DNA from: Deltaproteobacteria bacterium
GTDB lineage: Bacteria > Lernaellota > Lernaellaia > JACKCT01
Assembly: GCA_020633895.1 (NCBI GenBank)
Contig: JACKCT010000011.1
Coordinates: 3,607 to 67,606, forward strand
Length of the DNA: 64,000 nucleotides
Reading direction: 5' to 3'
The notes beneath the pieces were generated by a model. The model made no database searches. It was not told where the DNA came from and worked only from the letters and a program-made list of their open reading frames with translations. Of the stretch, positions 47,258-58,948 are shown in pieces. A program made the position numbers and the translations under genes. Numbering within the stretch: position 1 is the stretch's first letter; each line of letters opens with the position of its first letter.

Positions 47258-49132
47258 ATGCGTCAACACCGCTTGCGTCAGCGGGTCTGTCTGGTCTGGT
47301 GCCTGTTTCTAATATTTGGATTTGTCGGATGCGGAGGCAGCGACGACGGCGACGATGTCAGCCGTTCGGGCGCCGACGCCAACGACGGCCTGGCATGCGT
47401 TGATTGCTCGGGAACGCCGGGCGACGACGATGACGGCCCGATCATCGACGATGACGATGACGACGTGATCGACGACGACGTTTCGGACGACGATTTGTCC
47501 GATGACGATACGGTCGCCGATGACGACGACACCGACGACGACGATGACGATGACGATGACCTCCCGTCGACGACCACCACGACCATCCCCGCCGGAACCA
47601 CCACCACGGTGCCGGCCACCACGACCACCACAACCAAAAAGCCGACGACGACCACGACGGTTAAGCCCACAACCACGTCCACGACCACCACGACGCTCCC
47701 GCCGGGGCAGGACGCCACGCCGTCCATGAAATTCGGGACGGTGCATTTCAACTACTATTACGGCTTCCCCGGTCAGTATAAGGGCAACACCTTCTACAAG
47801 GACCACGACTGGATGGCCGACACCATCGAGCTGGCGATCATCGGCTACGGTGATCCTGGCATGGATATGTCCTGGGACTACCTGCGTCAGCAGGATAAGG
47901 TGGGCAACTGGCTGCCCTGGCGTCTGGCTCAGATTTTCCCGACCAACGATACGGCCGGATCCTGCGGCAGTCCGTCCGTCGGCAACGAAGATCCGCGCTT
48001 CGATGACTGGATCGACGAGTTCGACGACTTCCTGTCCGACTATCCCGAGTACGGCGACGGCGAAACCTGCTTCCTGCACGCTAAATACGACGGCGACATC
48101 ACCGCCCTGTGGCACGTGCGCGGCTGCGAGGTGGACGTGCCGCAGAAGGGCTACCTGGACTCGGCCCGCAATATGTACCAGGCCCGCATCAAGACACTCG
48201 TGTGGGACGAGTACGGCTGGCTGATCGACCTGCAGTCCGACTGCGGCAAGGACTACACCGCCTGGGTGGGCGAACAGTCGATCCTCGACGGCTACGGCGG
48301 TATCGGCTTCGACAACATCGGCGGCCCGGCCGAAGGCGGCTATTACCTGCCCGAGGACACCAGCGAAGTGGATATCGCCGAGATCGCCAACTCCGTCGAA
48401 TTCAACGCCTCCAAGCTCGACGACTGGTGGATCGAGACCCGCGACGAGGTCCTCAAATACACGCAGAACCACATGCGCACCATCGACTCCAACGCCAAGA
48501 TGGTGGTCAATGCGGGATCGTACTGTTCCTGGGAGCCCGGGTTCTACTCGATCCTGGGCAGCGATGCGCCGGGTCTGGGCATCTGGTGCGAATTCGCGCT
48601 GCATCACCCCTCGTGGGGCACGCTGACGACCGAGGACCGCCTCGAGGCGCTGATCAAAATCTCCGACGAACTGGCTGACCAGGACCGCTTCCAGGCGGTG
48701 GAGTATTACTACGACCGGGCCGGCGCCGCGGTGGGCACCGAAGAGGTGCTTTATTACCTGGCCGCCTATTACGTCTACAAGCAAAAAGACGACGTGTTCA
48801 TCCTGCGCCCCTATAGCTGGGAGCCCTACAAGGCCTTCAAGGACACGATCTGGTTCGACGTCCTGGGCCGGGATCTGGGCGAGCCCGACGGTCTGGGCAA
48901 GAAGCTCAACAACGGCATCTTCGAACGCACTTTCGAGAACGACCAGGGCGTCAAGGCGCGGGTGCTGGTGCGTGTCGACGGCAATGCATCGTCCAAGAGC
49001 TTCAACCTGGGCGGCGACTACTGCCGGGTGGAGATCGACAACTCGCTCACGCCCGTAAGCGGCTGGATCACCTTCAACAGCGGCGACGGCCACATCCTCC
49101 TGGAAAAAGGCCCCGGCGGCATCGACTGCTAG
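47258..49132 (+). CDS. Lipoprotein with poly-Asp and poly-Thr mucin-like linkers plus a C-terminal domain of unknown function
   Basis: LIFGFVGCGG. D-rich tract DDDDDVIDDDVSDDDLSDDDTVADDDDTDDDDDDDDD. TTTTTIPAGTTTTVPATTTTTTKKPTTTTTVKPTTTSTTTTTLPP. About 450-aa globular domain. Confidence 0.6.
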   Translation: MRQHRLRQRVCLVWCLFLIFGFVGCGGSDDGDDVSRSGADANDGLACVDCSGTPGDDDDGPIIDDDDDDVIDDDVSDDDLSDDDTVADDDDTDDDDDDDDDLPSTTTTTIPAGTTTTVPATTTTTTKKPTTTTTVKPTTTSTTTTTLPPGQDATPSMKFGTVHFNYYYGFPGQYKGNTFYKDHDWMADTIELAIIGYGDPGMDMSWDYLRQQDKVGNWLPWRLAQIFPTNDTAGSCGSPSVGNEDPRFDDWIDEFDDFLSDYPEYGDGETCFLHAKYDGDITALWHVRGCEVDVPQKGYLDSARNMYQARIKTLVWDEYGWLIDLQSDCGKDYTAWVGEQSILDGYGGIGFDNIGGPAEGGYYLPEDTSEVDIAEIANSVEFNASKLDDWWIETRDEVLKYTQNHMRTIDSNAKMVVNAGSYCSWEPGFYSILGSDAPGLGIWCEFALHHPSWGTLTTEDRLEALIKISDELADQDRFQAVEYYYDRAGAAVGTEEVLYYLAAYYVYKQKDDVFILRPYSWEPYKAFKDTIWFDVLGRDLGEPDGLGKKLNNGIFERTFENDQGVKARVLVRVDGNASSKSFNLGGDYCRVEIDNSLTPVSGWITFNSGDGHILLEKGPGGIDC

Positions 49133-49247
49133 CCGGGTAGTCCCGGCGGACTAGGAGATGCTTTGCATCTCTGACGCCGGCGCGTCGTTGGATGATCCAT
49201 GGAAGGGCGTGGCTTCGCTCCAGCCGCTTCAGAGCCGCAACCAACGG

Positions 49248-49279
49248 GGGTGCCACACTTTTACGAGAACCAAGTTCGA
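49248..49279 (-). repeat. 32-nt hairpin plus AGTGTGGCACCC element (copy 3, inverted)
   Basis: The reverse complement reads TCGAACTTGGTTCTCGTAAAAGTGTGGCACCC. Confidence 0.7.
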
Positions 49280-49384
49280 GGAAAGGTGTGAATTTTCAGA
49301 ATCGCGACTAACCAATCAGAGCCGCGAACGGCTTGCCTTCGCCAGGGCTACGGCGAGGCAAGCAACTCGCGGCTCGGGCGGACC

Positions 49385-50623
49385 CTACGAGCCCCCCGGC
49401 CCTCCGCGTCGAACGTCGGCGATCACCAATCCCAAAAACACGAACTGGGCGAAAACGAATCGATCGTAGAAAACGAAACCGCCCACCGAGGCGTAGCCTT
49501 GCGTCGGGTCGTGCCAGGGAAAAAACAGGATCGCCACAAATACCGCCAGGGCGATCAACCGGCCCCGCGACCATGAACCCGAGGCGGCGTCCATCGCCCA
49601 AAACGCCGCGACCGGCACGGCCCAGATGAACTGCTGCACCCACCAATACTTCGCTCCCAGCGGATAGGCCGCCGCAAAGACGGCCAGCAGCGCCATCGGA
49701 CCCGACCGGCCCCGCCGCCCCATCCACCGGGCCAGACCGATACCCAGCCCCACCATGGCCAAGGTCAATCCCGGCCCGATCGCGCGAATGAACGACGGAG
49801 CGTCGGCGAGCAGCGGATGCCGCCCGAGGCGCCCGTCAAACAGGCGCAGCAACGCGGCATGCACCGATTGGTTGACGATGTAGGGATTGCCCATCTCGCT
49901 TTTGTAGGCCACCACCCGTGACCACGACGTCCACCACTCGGACGGCAGAAACGCCAGCCCCGCCAGCCCGCCGATCGCCGCCAGACCCACGCCCCAGGCG
50001 ACGGCCTTGCCGTAGCGCCGATGATCCAGCGCCAGCGCGAAGGGGACGAGAAACGCCGGATAGATCTTCCACCAGATCGCGAAGGCGAGCGCCGCCCCGG
50101 CCGCGATGGGCGTCTTGTCGTGTCGAAAGACGAAGACCAGCGCCAGCGCCATCACGAACAGATCCGCCTGCCCGACGGCCAGGTGGTGGATCACCGGCGC
50201 GCTGACCATCCACGGCGCGAACGCGAGGGCGAGCGTCCACGGCGCGCGGGCCGCGCCGGGGTGCGTCCGGGCTAGGAGGATGAAGAGGAGGACCATCGTG
50301 ATCTGGGACAGCAGCGTCCAGGCAATCAGCGCGATTTGGATGGATGTCCACGCCAGCGGCCGCGTCCAGACCAGGCTGATGGGGGAGTAGAGAAATCGCG
50401 TCATGTGGGGATAAAGGTCTTCGGATTCGGCGGGTTCGGATTTCAAGTAGGGGTCCGCTCCGGCCGCCACGCGCTGGGCTCCGTAGTAGTAGGCGCTGAA
50501 ATCCACGCCGAACGGATAGGCCCGCATGAATCCCAATAGCATCAAGCCGGTCAGGCCGACGAACGCGGCCAGGCCCGCCGCCGCGACGAACCATCGGGGC
50601 GTCGATGCGTCCGAAGGGGTCAT
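49385..50623 (-). CDS. GT-C glycosyltransferase, DUF2029/GT87-like (PimE-like mannosyltransferase family)
   Basis: About 10 TM helices. N-terminal periplasmic loop DFSAYYYGAQRVAAGADPY is typical of DUF2029. Confidence 0.5.
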   Translation of the reverse strand: MTPSDASTPRWFVAAAGLAAFVGLTGLMLLGFMRAYPFGVDFSAYYYGAQRVAAGADPYLKSEPAESEDLYPHMTRFLYSPISLVWTRPLAWTSIQIALIAWTLLSQITMVLLFILLARTHPGAARAPWTLALAFAPWMVSAPVIHHLAVGQADLFVMALALVFVFRHDKTPIAAGAALAFAIWWKIYPAFLVPFALALDHRRYGKAVAWGVGLAAIGGLAGLAFLPSEWWTSWSRVVAYKSEMGNPYIVNQSVHAALLRLFDGRLGRHPLLADAPSFIRAIGPGLTLAMVGLGIGLARWMGRRGRSGPMALLAVFAAAYPLGAKYWWVQQFIWAVPVAAFWAMDAASGSWSRGRLIALAVFVAILFFPWHDPTQGYASVGGFVFYDRFVFAQFVFLGLVIADVRRGGPGGS

Positions 50624-50716
50624 GAAAAATCCGATCCGAAAAGGAATGCCGATCCGGTGACGATATCACGCCCCTTTTCGACGCGCCACGCCCCGAAGCG
50701 GCGACCGACGCGGGCG

Positions 50717-52426
50717 ATGATGAACGCACGGAATCTGTGCTATGTTTCGCCGGACTTTCCATTCGAGAACTCGCGGCGCCCGCCCGTCGGGCCCATCCGC
50801 TTAGGGGACGACGACTTGGACGCGGCCTCCAGCTCCCGCCGGTGGATCCTCGCCGCCCTGTTGGTGACGGGGGTCGTTCTGCGGTTTTGGTGTTTTTCCG
50901 GCCTGGTGGGTTCGGACGACCTGAGCTACGCCCACAATGCCCACGCCCTGCTGGAAGGCGCCTATCAACCGATCGCGTCTCCCCTATCCAACCGCATCGG
51001 CCACATCGGGCTCATCGCGTTTTTCTTCGGCGTGCTCGGCGTCAGCGAGTACGCGCTGATTGCCTCGCCTCTCCTGTTCTCGATGCTGCAAATCGTTCTG
51101 GCCTATGCCTTCCTCCATCGCATCGGACGACCGCGAGCGGCGCTGATCGCCGCGGGATATCTGGCCGTGGCGCCCTGGGACGTGGTGTTCGCGACGCGCG
51201 GCTACCCGGACCTGCCGTCCGCGGCGCTGTTTGCCGCGTTCGTCACGCTCCTGCTCGTTGCGGCCACGGCGCGGGGCCGCTCACGCACGGCGATCGCCTT
51301 CGGGGCCGGTCTGTGCCTGGGAGCGGCGTATCTGGTCAAGGAAATGGTCATCCTCCAGATGCTCTATTGGGCGCCGGCGCTGCTGTGGGTCGCATGGCGT
51401 GAAAAACAACTGCGAATTCGCGATCTGGCGGCGGCCGGCATCGGCGCGGTGTGCGTCGTTTTGGGCGAGGGAATCGGGTACTACGCGGCCACCGGCGATT
51501 TCCTTTTTCGGTTTCACGGCGTGGACACGGGCTACAACCAAACGGTCTGGTCCGGCACGGCGCTCTATCAAAACCTCGTCCAACGGGTCTTCGTGATCGG
51601 GCCCCGGTCGCTGCTGTTCGACAACGTCTACCTGATGGGCTTCGCGCTCGGACCGATCCTCTACCTCGGCACGTCGTGGAAAGACCGGCCGATGCGCCTG
51701 ATCCTCGGCTGGCTCCTCTTCGACATCGCCTACTTCGTCGCCGGGTCGTCGTCCCTGACCGCGTACAACCCCCTGCCCCTGTTTCGCCGGTACATGCTGA
51801 TGATGGCGTTCCCGGCGGCGCTGCTGATCGGCGTGGGCCTGGATCGGTGGTGGGCTGACCGGCGCGACCCGGCGCGGGCCAAGGCGTTCGGGACAATGTT
51901 GGCGGCGGCGGCCGTCGTCATTGCGCTGGGAGCGGTCGTCAACCGGCAGCTCCTCATCGGCGCGGCGGCGGGGTGCGTCTTCGCGGCGGCGATCGTCGCC
52001 TTCGTTCGGCGTCCGACCGTCTCGGTCGCGCTCGCGGCGGCGGGGTCGGTGCTCCTGCTGGGCGCGGGGCTCAAGGAAGCCTACCCCACGCGCTACCACA
52101 GCGCCTGGGCCGAACACCAACTGCACGCCGCCCTGACCGACAGCACCCGCCCCGTCTTCGCCGACGGACGCACGATTGAAATCCTCCGATTCTTCAACGG
52201 CTATCGGGACATGGATCGCTACCGGGACTTGTTCCGCGCGACGCGGGACGACGTGCGCAACGCCCTGGTCGTCGTCAACGAGCCGCGCGTGGCGTTCGCC
52301 CAGGAACACTACGGCGACAAGCTGCCCGAGTGGATTCGCGGCGGGCCGCCGCCAGGATTTCGTCTGGTGTCCCAAGTCGGCGGCGACAAGCCCGGCGAGG
52401 CGATTTTCCTTTTCTACGCTCCCTGA
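50717..52426 (+). CDS. GT-C glycosyltransferase, PMT/ArnT-like (GT39/GT83 family)
   Basis: Polytopic membrane protein. First periplasmic loop SDDLSYAHNAHALLEG carries a DD/DE-type motif. C-terminal soluble domain. Transcribed divergently from the GT87-like gene. Start could be 50657. Confidence 0.5.
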   Translation: MMNARNLCYVSPDFPFENSRRPPVGPIRLGDDDLDAASSSRRWILAALLVTGVVLRFWCFSGLVGSDDLSYAHNAHALLEGAYQPIASPLSNRIGHIGLIAFFFGVLGVSEYALIASPLLFSMLQIVLAYAFLHRIGRPRAALIAAGYLAVAPWDVVFATRGYPDLPSAALFAAFVTLLLVAATARGRSRTAIAFGAGLCLGAAYLVKEMVILQMLYWAPALLWVAWREKQLRIRDLAAAGIGAVCVVLGEGIGYYAATGDFLFRFHGVDTGYNQTVWSGTALYQNLVQRVFVIGPRSLLFDNVYLMGFALGPILYLGTSWKDRPMRLILGWLLFDIAYFVAGSSSLTAYNPLPLFRRYMLMMAFPAALLIGVGLDRWWADRRDPARAKAFGTMLAAAAVVIALGAVVNRQLLIGAAAGCVFAAAIVAFVRRPTVSVALAAAGSVLLLGAGLKEAYPTRYHSAWAEHQLHAALTDSTRPVFADGRTIEILRFFNGYRDMDRYRDLFRATRDDVRNALVVVNEPRVAFAQEHYGDKLPEWIRGGPPPGFRLVSQVGGDKPGEAIFLFYAP

Positions 52427-52562
52427 CGGGATCATTCGCCGCGAGACGCGCAACCGGTCGGGGCGACATCTCTTGACGGCCCCGGCGCGGGGCCGTTAGC
52501 GTGCCCCAGGCCGACCGCGCGTCGGCCCATGCAATCGGGGCCGAACTTAGGGGGACGAATCG

Positions 52563-53108
52563 ATGAGCCTGGTCGACGATCTGGCGGACGCGACGTTGCA
52601 GGACCGCAAGGGCAATCCGGTGCGCCTGGGGGACAACTGGGCCGACAAACCCGCGGTCGCCGTCTGGGTCCGACACTTCGGATGCATGTTCTGTCGCGAG
52701 CAGGCGCGAGAACTACACCAACACCAAGGCGAAATCGAAAAGCTCGGCGGCCGCCTGGTCATCATCGGTTGCGGCAAGCCCGAGCACGCCGACTGGTTCG
52801 CCGAGGACGTCCAATACGACGGGCCTATCCTGGTTGACATGAAGCGCCAAACCTACAAAACGGCCGAGATGAAAAACTCTATCGGCGCCACATTTTCCCT
52901 GCACACGGTAAAAAACGCCGCACGAGCCCTCAAATCCGGCGCACGCCAACACAAGACCATGGGCGACCCCTGGCAACAGGGCGGGGCGATGGTCATCGGA
53001 CCGGGCAATACGCTGCATTACAAGCAGATCAGTGATCAGGCCGGCGACCATGCCCCCGTCGGGGAATTGCTCGACGCCTTGAAAAAAGCCGCCGCCGCGA
53101 CCGCCTGA
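52563..53108 (+). CDS. Peroxiredoxin-like thioredoxin-fold protein (AhpC/TSA_2 family)
   Basis: VWVRHFGCMFCREQ carries the FGCxxC redox motif typical of PF13911. Confidence 0.6.
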   Translation: MSLVDDLADATLQDRKGNPVRLGDNWADKPAVAVWVRHFGCMFCREQARELHQHQGEIEKLGGRLVIIGCGKPEHADWFAEDVQYDGPILVDMKRQTYKTAEMKNSIGATFSLHTVKNAARALKSGARQHKTMGDPWQQGGAMVIGPGNTLHYKQISDQAGDHAPVGELLDALKKAAAATA

Positions 53109-53114
53109 GGAACC

Positions 53115-53936
53115 ATGACGCAACGCAAAGTCAAAACCAGTTATCCCCATCCGGACACGGCCGCCCCGTCGGGCGACCGGCCCGTGGCCCTCGTCACCGG
53201 CGCGTCGTCGGGCATCGGCAAGGCGTTGTGCTTGGTCCTGGGACGGCACGGTTACGAAGTGGCGATGATCGCCCGGGGGCAGGCGGCGTTGGAAAACGCG
53301 GCCGAGGAGGTGGAGGCGGCCGGCGGCGTGCCGATGGTCGTCCCCGCGGACGTGACCAATCGCAACGCCCACGAGGCGGCGCTGGATACCATCCTGGCCC
53401 GGACCGGGCGCGTGGACGTGGCGGTGGCGGCGGCCGGGCTCGGCTATGCCACTCCCGCCGAGAGCCTGGATCTGGAACGCCTGCAACGCATGATCGACGT
53501 GAACGTGACCGGGTTCGTGAACACCATCGGCCTGGTGCTGCCCCACATGGTCGAGCGGGACACGGGGCACATCGTGGGCTTGTCGAGCCTGTCGGGCTAT
53601 CGGGGTCTGCCGGGCAACGGCATGTACTGCGGCACCAAGGTCTTCAATCGCGTGTTTATGCAGAGCCTGCGCATGGATCTGGCCAACACGGGCGTCAAGA
53701 CGCTGTGCGTGTGCCCCGGTTGGGTCGCCACGCCCATGACCCGAGGCAACAAAGCCAAGATGCAGTTCGTACTGGACCCGGACAAACTGGCGACGAAAGT
53801 CTACAAGGCCATGGTCGCGGGCAAATCGCTGTTGGCCGTGCCTCACGGACTGGCGGAAATGACGCGCTTCGGCCTGCCCATGCCCGACACGCTCTACGAT
53901 CTGTTCGTCGGCCGCCGACGCATGCCCTTCGCCTAA
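53115..53936 (+). CDS. SDR family oxidoreductase
   Basis: TGASSGIGKA, then YCGTK (YxxxK). Confidence 0.7.
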   Translation: MTQRKVKTSYPHPDTAAPSGDRPVALVTGASSGIGKALCLVLGRHGYEVAMIARGQAALENAAEEVEAAGGVPMVVPADVTNRNAHEAALDTILARTGRVDVAVAAAGLGYATPAESLDLERLQRMIDVNVTGFVNTIGLVLPHMVERDTGHIVGLSSLSGYRGLPGNGMYCGTKVFNRVFMQSLRMDLANTGVKTLCVCPGWVATPMTRGNKAKMQFVLDPDKLATKVYKAMVAGKSLLAVPHGLAEMTRFGLPMPDTLYDLFVGRRRMPFA

Positions 53937-53963
53937 AACCGACGCATCATTAAGGAAGCTTCC

Positions 53964-54785
53964 GTGTCCGACGAGACCACGACAAAACCCGACGAGGCCG
54001 CTCAGGCGCCCGCCCCGTCGTCGATGAAGATGCCGCCCCACCCCAAGGCGGTGGCGATGATCACCGGCGCGTCCTCGGGCATCGGCAAGGCGCTGGCGCT
54101 CAAATTCGGCCGGGAAGGCTACGATGTGGCGATGCTCGCCCGGCGGCCGGGGCCGCTTGCCGACGCGGCGGCCCAGGTGCGCGACTACGGGGCCGAGGTG
54201 TGGGAATTTCCCGTGGACATCACCGATCGGGACGCCTTCGCCAAGGTCTTCGACGACCTGCTGGCCAAGACCGGCGGGCGGCTGGATGTGTTCGTGGCCA
54301 ACGCGGGCATCGGCCCGGCGACCCCGGCCAAGGCCTTCGACCTGGAGGCGGCCCAACAGACCATCGATCTGAACTGTTCGGCCTTCGTGCAGGGCATCGC
54401 CATGGCCATGCGGCCGCTACGCAAAATCGGGCGCGGGCATCTGGTGGCGATCTCGAGTCTGGCGGCGTTTCGGGGCATCCGCAAAAGCGCGGTGTATTGC
54501 GCCAGCAAGGCGTTGGAGAGCGCGTTCATGGAAAGCCTGCGCCTGGACCTGCGCGGCACGGACATTCATTGCCTGACGGTGCATCCGGGGTATGTGGACA
54601 CGCCGATTCACGACGAGAAAACCAAGAAGAAGCTGCCCCACCTGGTCCCCGCCGCGACGGCCGCCGACCTGATCTACAAGGGCATCGAGACGCGCGCCAA
54701 CGAGGTCAACTTCCCCGCCCCCCTGGTGGCGATGGCCCGCCTGGGACAGATGCTGCCCAACGCGCTGTTCGATCGTTTTTCCTAG
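53964..54785 (+). CDS. SDR family oxidoreductase (tandem paralog)
   Basis: TGASSGIGKA, then YCASK. Confidence 0.7.
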   Translation: MSDETTTKPDEAAQAPAPSSMKMPPHPKAVAMITGASSGIGKALALKFGREGYDVAMLARRPGPLADAAAQVRDYGAEVWEFPVDITDRDAFAKVFDDLLAKTGGRLDVFVANAGIGPATPAKAFDLEAAQQTIDLNCSAFVQGIAMAMRPLRKIGRGHLVAISSLAAFRGIRKSAVYCASKALESAFMESLRLDLRGTDIHCLTVHPGYVDTPIHDEKTKKKLPHLVPAATAADLIYKGIETRANEVNFPAPLVAMARLGQMLPNALFDRFS

Positions 54786-54817
54786 AAAATCTTCGCGACT
54801 TGCGCAGGCCGGAGATG

Positions 54818-54901
54818 TGCGAGAGGGGGGACTTGAACCCCCACAACCTTACGGTCACAAGATCCTAAGTCTTGCGTGTCTGCCAATTCCACCACTCTCG
54901 C
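54818..54901 (-). tRNA. tRNA-Leu (anticodon TAG), type II with long variable arm
   Basis: Reverse complement GCGAGAGTGGTGGAATTGGCAGACACGCAAGACTTAGGATCTTGTGACCGTAAGGTTGTGGGGGTTCAAGTCCCCCCTCTCGCA. Acceptor stem GCGAGAG/CTCTCGC. Anticodon loop CTTAGGA. T-arm GGGGGTTCAAGTCCCCC. CCA not encoded. Confidence 0.85.
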
Positions 54902-54989
54902 GTATCGATCGGAGTGCGTTGCGTCCAAACGACAACGTGGAGGCGCGGATCTCGCCGCGAACCTCCACGTCGATCGATGCGAATCGCGC

Positions 54990-55457
54990 TTACTCGGCGG
55001 GCTTGTCGTCTTCGTCGACGGGAGCCACACCCGGCGGGGCGTCCTGGGGAGCCGGTTCCTCGGCGGCGGCTTCGGCCGGGGCGTCACCCGTGTCGGCCAC
55101 GCCCGGCGGAGCCTCCTGGGGCGCCTCTTCGGCGGCCTTGGCTTCGGCGGCGGCGGCTTCCTCGGCGGCCTTGGCTTCAGCGGCGGCTTTGGCTTCTTCC
55201 GCGGCCTTGGCCTCGGCGGCAGCCTTCTCCTCGGCGGCCTTCTTGGCGGCTTCAGCGGCTTCCTTGGCCTTGGCCTCGCGCTCGGCGATGGCGGCGGCGG
55301 TGCCGGCGGCATCGGCGTTCACGCGGGTGCGATGCTTGAGCAGGTGCAGCCGGCGACGCAGCTTCTGAGCCTCTTTGGTGTTCCCGGCCTTCTGCGCCTC
55401 TTTTTTCTTGGCGCGCAGATCCTTCATGCTCTGTTTGAGTGCGGTGTTGTCCGCCAT
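54990..55457 (-). CDS. Hypothetical Ala/Glu/Lys-rich protein (histone H1/AlgP-like low complexity)
   Basis: Start set at MADNTALKQSMKDLRAKKKEAQK. Basic N-terminus, then repeats AEAKAAEEAKAAAEAKAAEE, then a P/A/E acidic tail. Confidence 0.4.
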   Translation of the reverse strand: MADNTALKQSMKDLRAKKKEAQKAGNTKEAQKLRRRLHLLKHRTRVNADAAGTAAAIAEREAKAKEAAEAAKKAAEEKAAAEAKAAEEAKAAAEAKAAEEAAAAEAKAAEEAPQEAPPGVADTGDAPAEAAAEEPAPQDAPPGVAPVDEDDKPAE

Positions 55458-55588
55458 GGCGTCCCCCATTGCTGGTCGATGATGGTCTCGGCCCGGCGGC
55501 ACCCCGGACCCGGTTACGTCAAAATATCCGCGAGAACATAGGCAGTTAGGCGGATCTCGTCAAGCGGGGAGCGAACTATTCCCTGGAT

Positions 55589-55619
55589 TGTCATCCCGAG
55601 TGTACCGAGGGATCTCTCG
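55589..55619 (+). repeat. GTCATCCCGAG...GAGGGATCTCTCG unit (single copy)
   Basis: GTCATCCCGAGTGTACCGAGGGATCTCTCGG. About 45 bp later comes GGTCGCGGCTCTGAAGG, which belongs to the CAGAGCCGCGA family. Confidence 0.6.
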
Positions 55620-55715
55620 GACGTTGATCGTTGGGGTTCCGAATGACGAGAATTTACGCCAAGTCGTACCAACCCGCTTCCTTACGGTCGCGGCTCTGAA
55701 GGGTTCGTACCAGCA

Positions 55716-58655
<2,940 letters not shown>

Positions 58656-58830
58656 GGGGTGCGTGCCCTTTGGTTGAAGCGCGCCCGCATTCGTACCCGG
58701 CGCGAAAGGGCAGGTAGTTTAACACAGAATTGCGACAGGGCGCGCAAGTTTGGGGACCGGCCGGTCCGCTTTGGGAAATTGCGGCGATTTTGTAGGGGAG
58801 ACGGGGGATTTCGCGGGGTGGAAACAGAAG

Positions 58831-58941
58831 GGTGCCACACTCTTAGGTCGACGCTAGTCGGACAAGGGTGTGCCTTTGTTGTTCCGAAATCGCCGACGCA
58901 CACCTTCCCTCGAACTTCGTTCTCGTGAAAGTGTGGCACCC
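58831..58941. repeat. Inverted pair of AGTGTGGCACCC elements (copies 4 and 5) between the pdxA stop and the uvrA start
   Basis: 58831-58852 GGGTGCCACACTCTTAGGTCGA (inverted). 58910-58941 TCGAACTTCGTTCTCGTGAAAGTGTGGCACCC. About 57 bp between them, so a long hairpin could form. Confidence 0.65.
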
Positions 58942-58948
58942 GTGCGCA

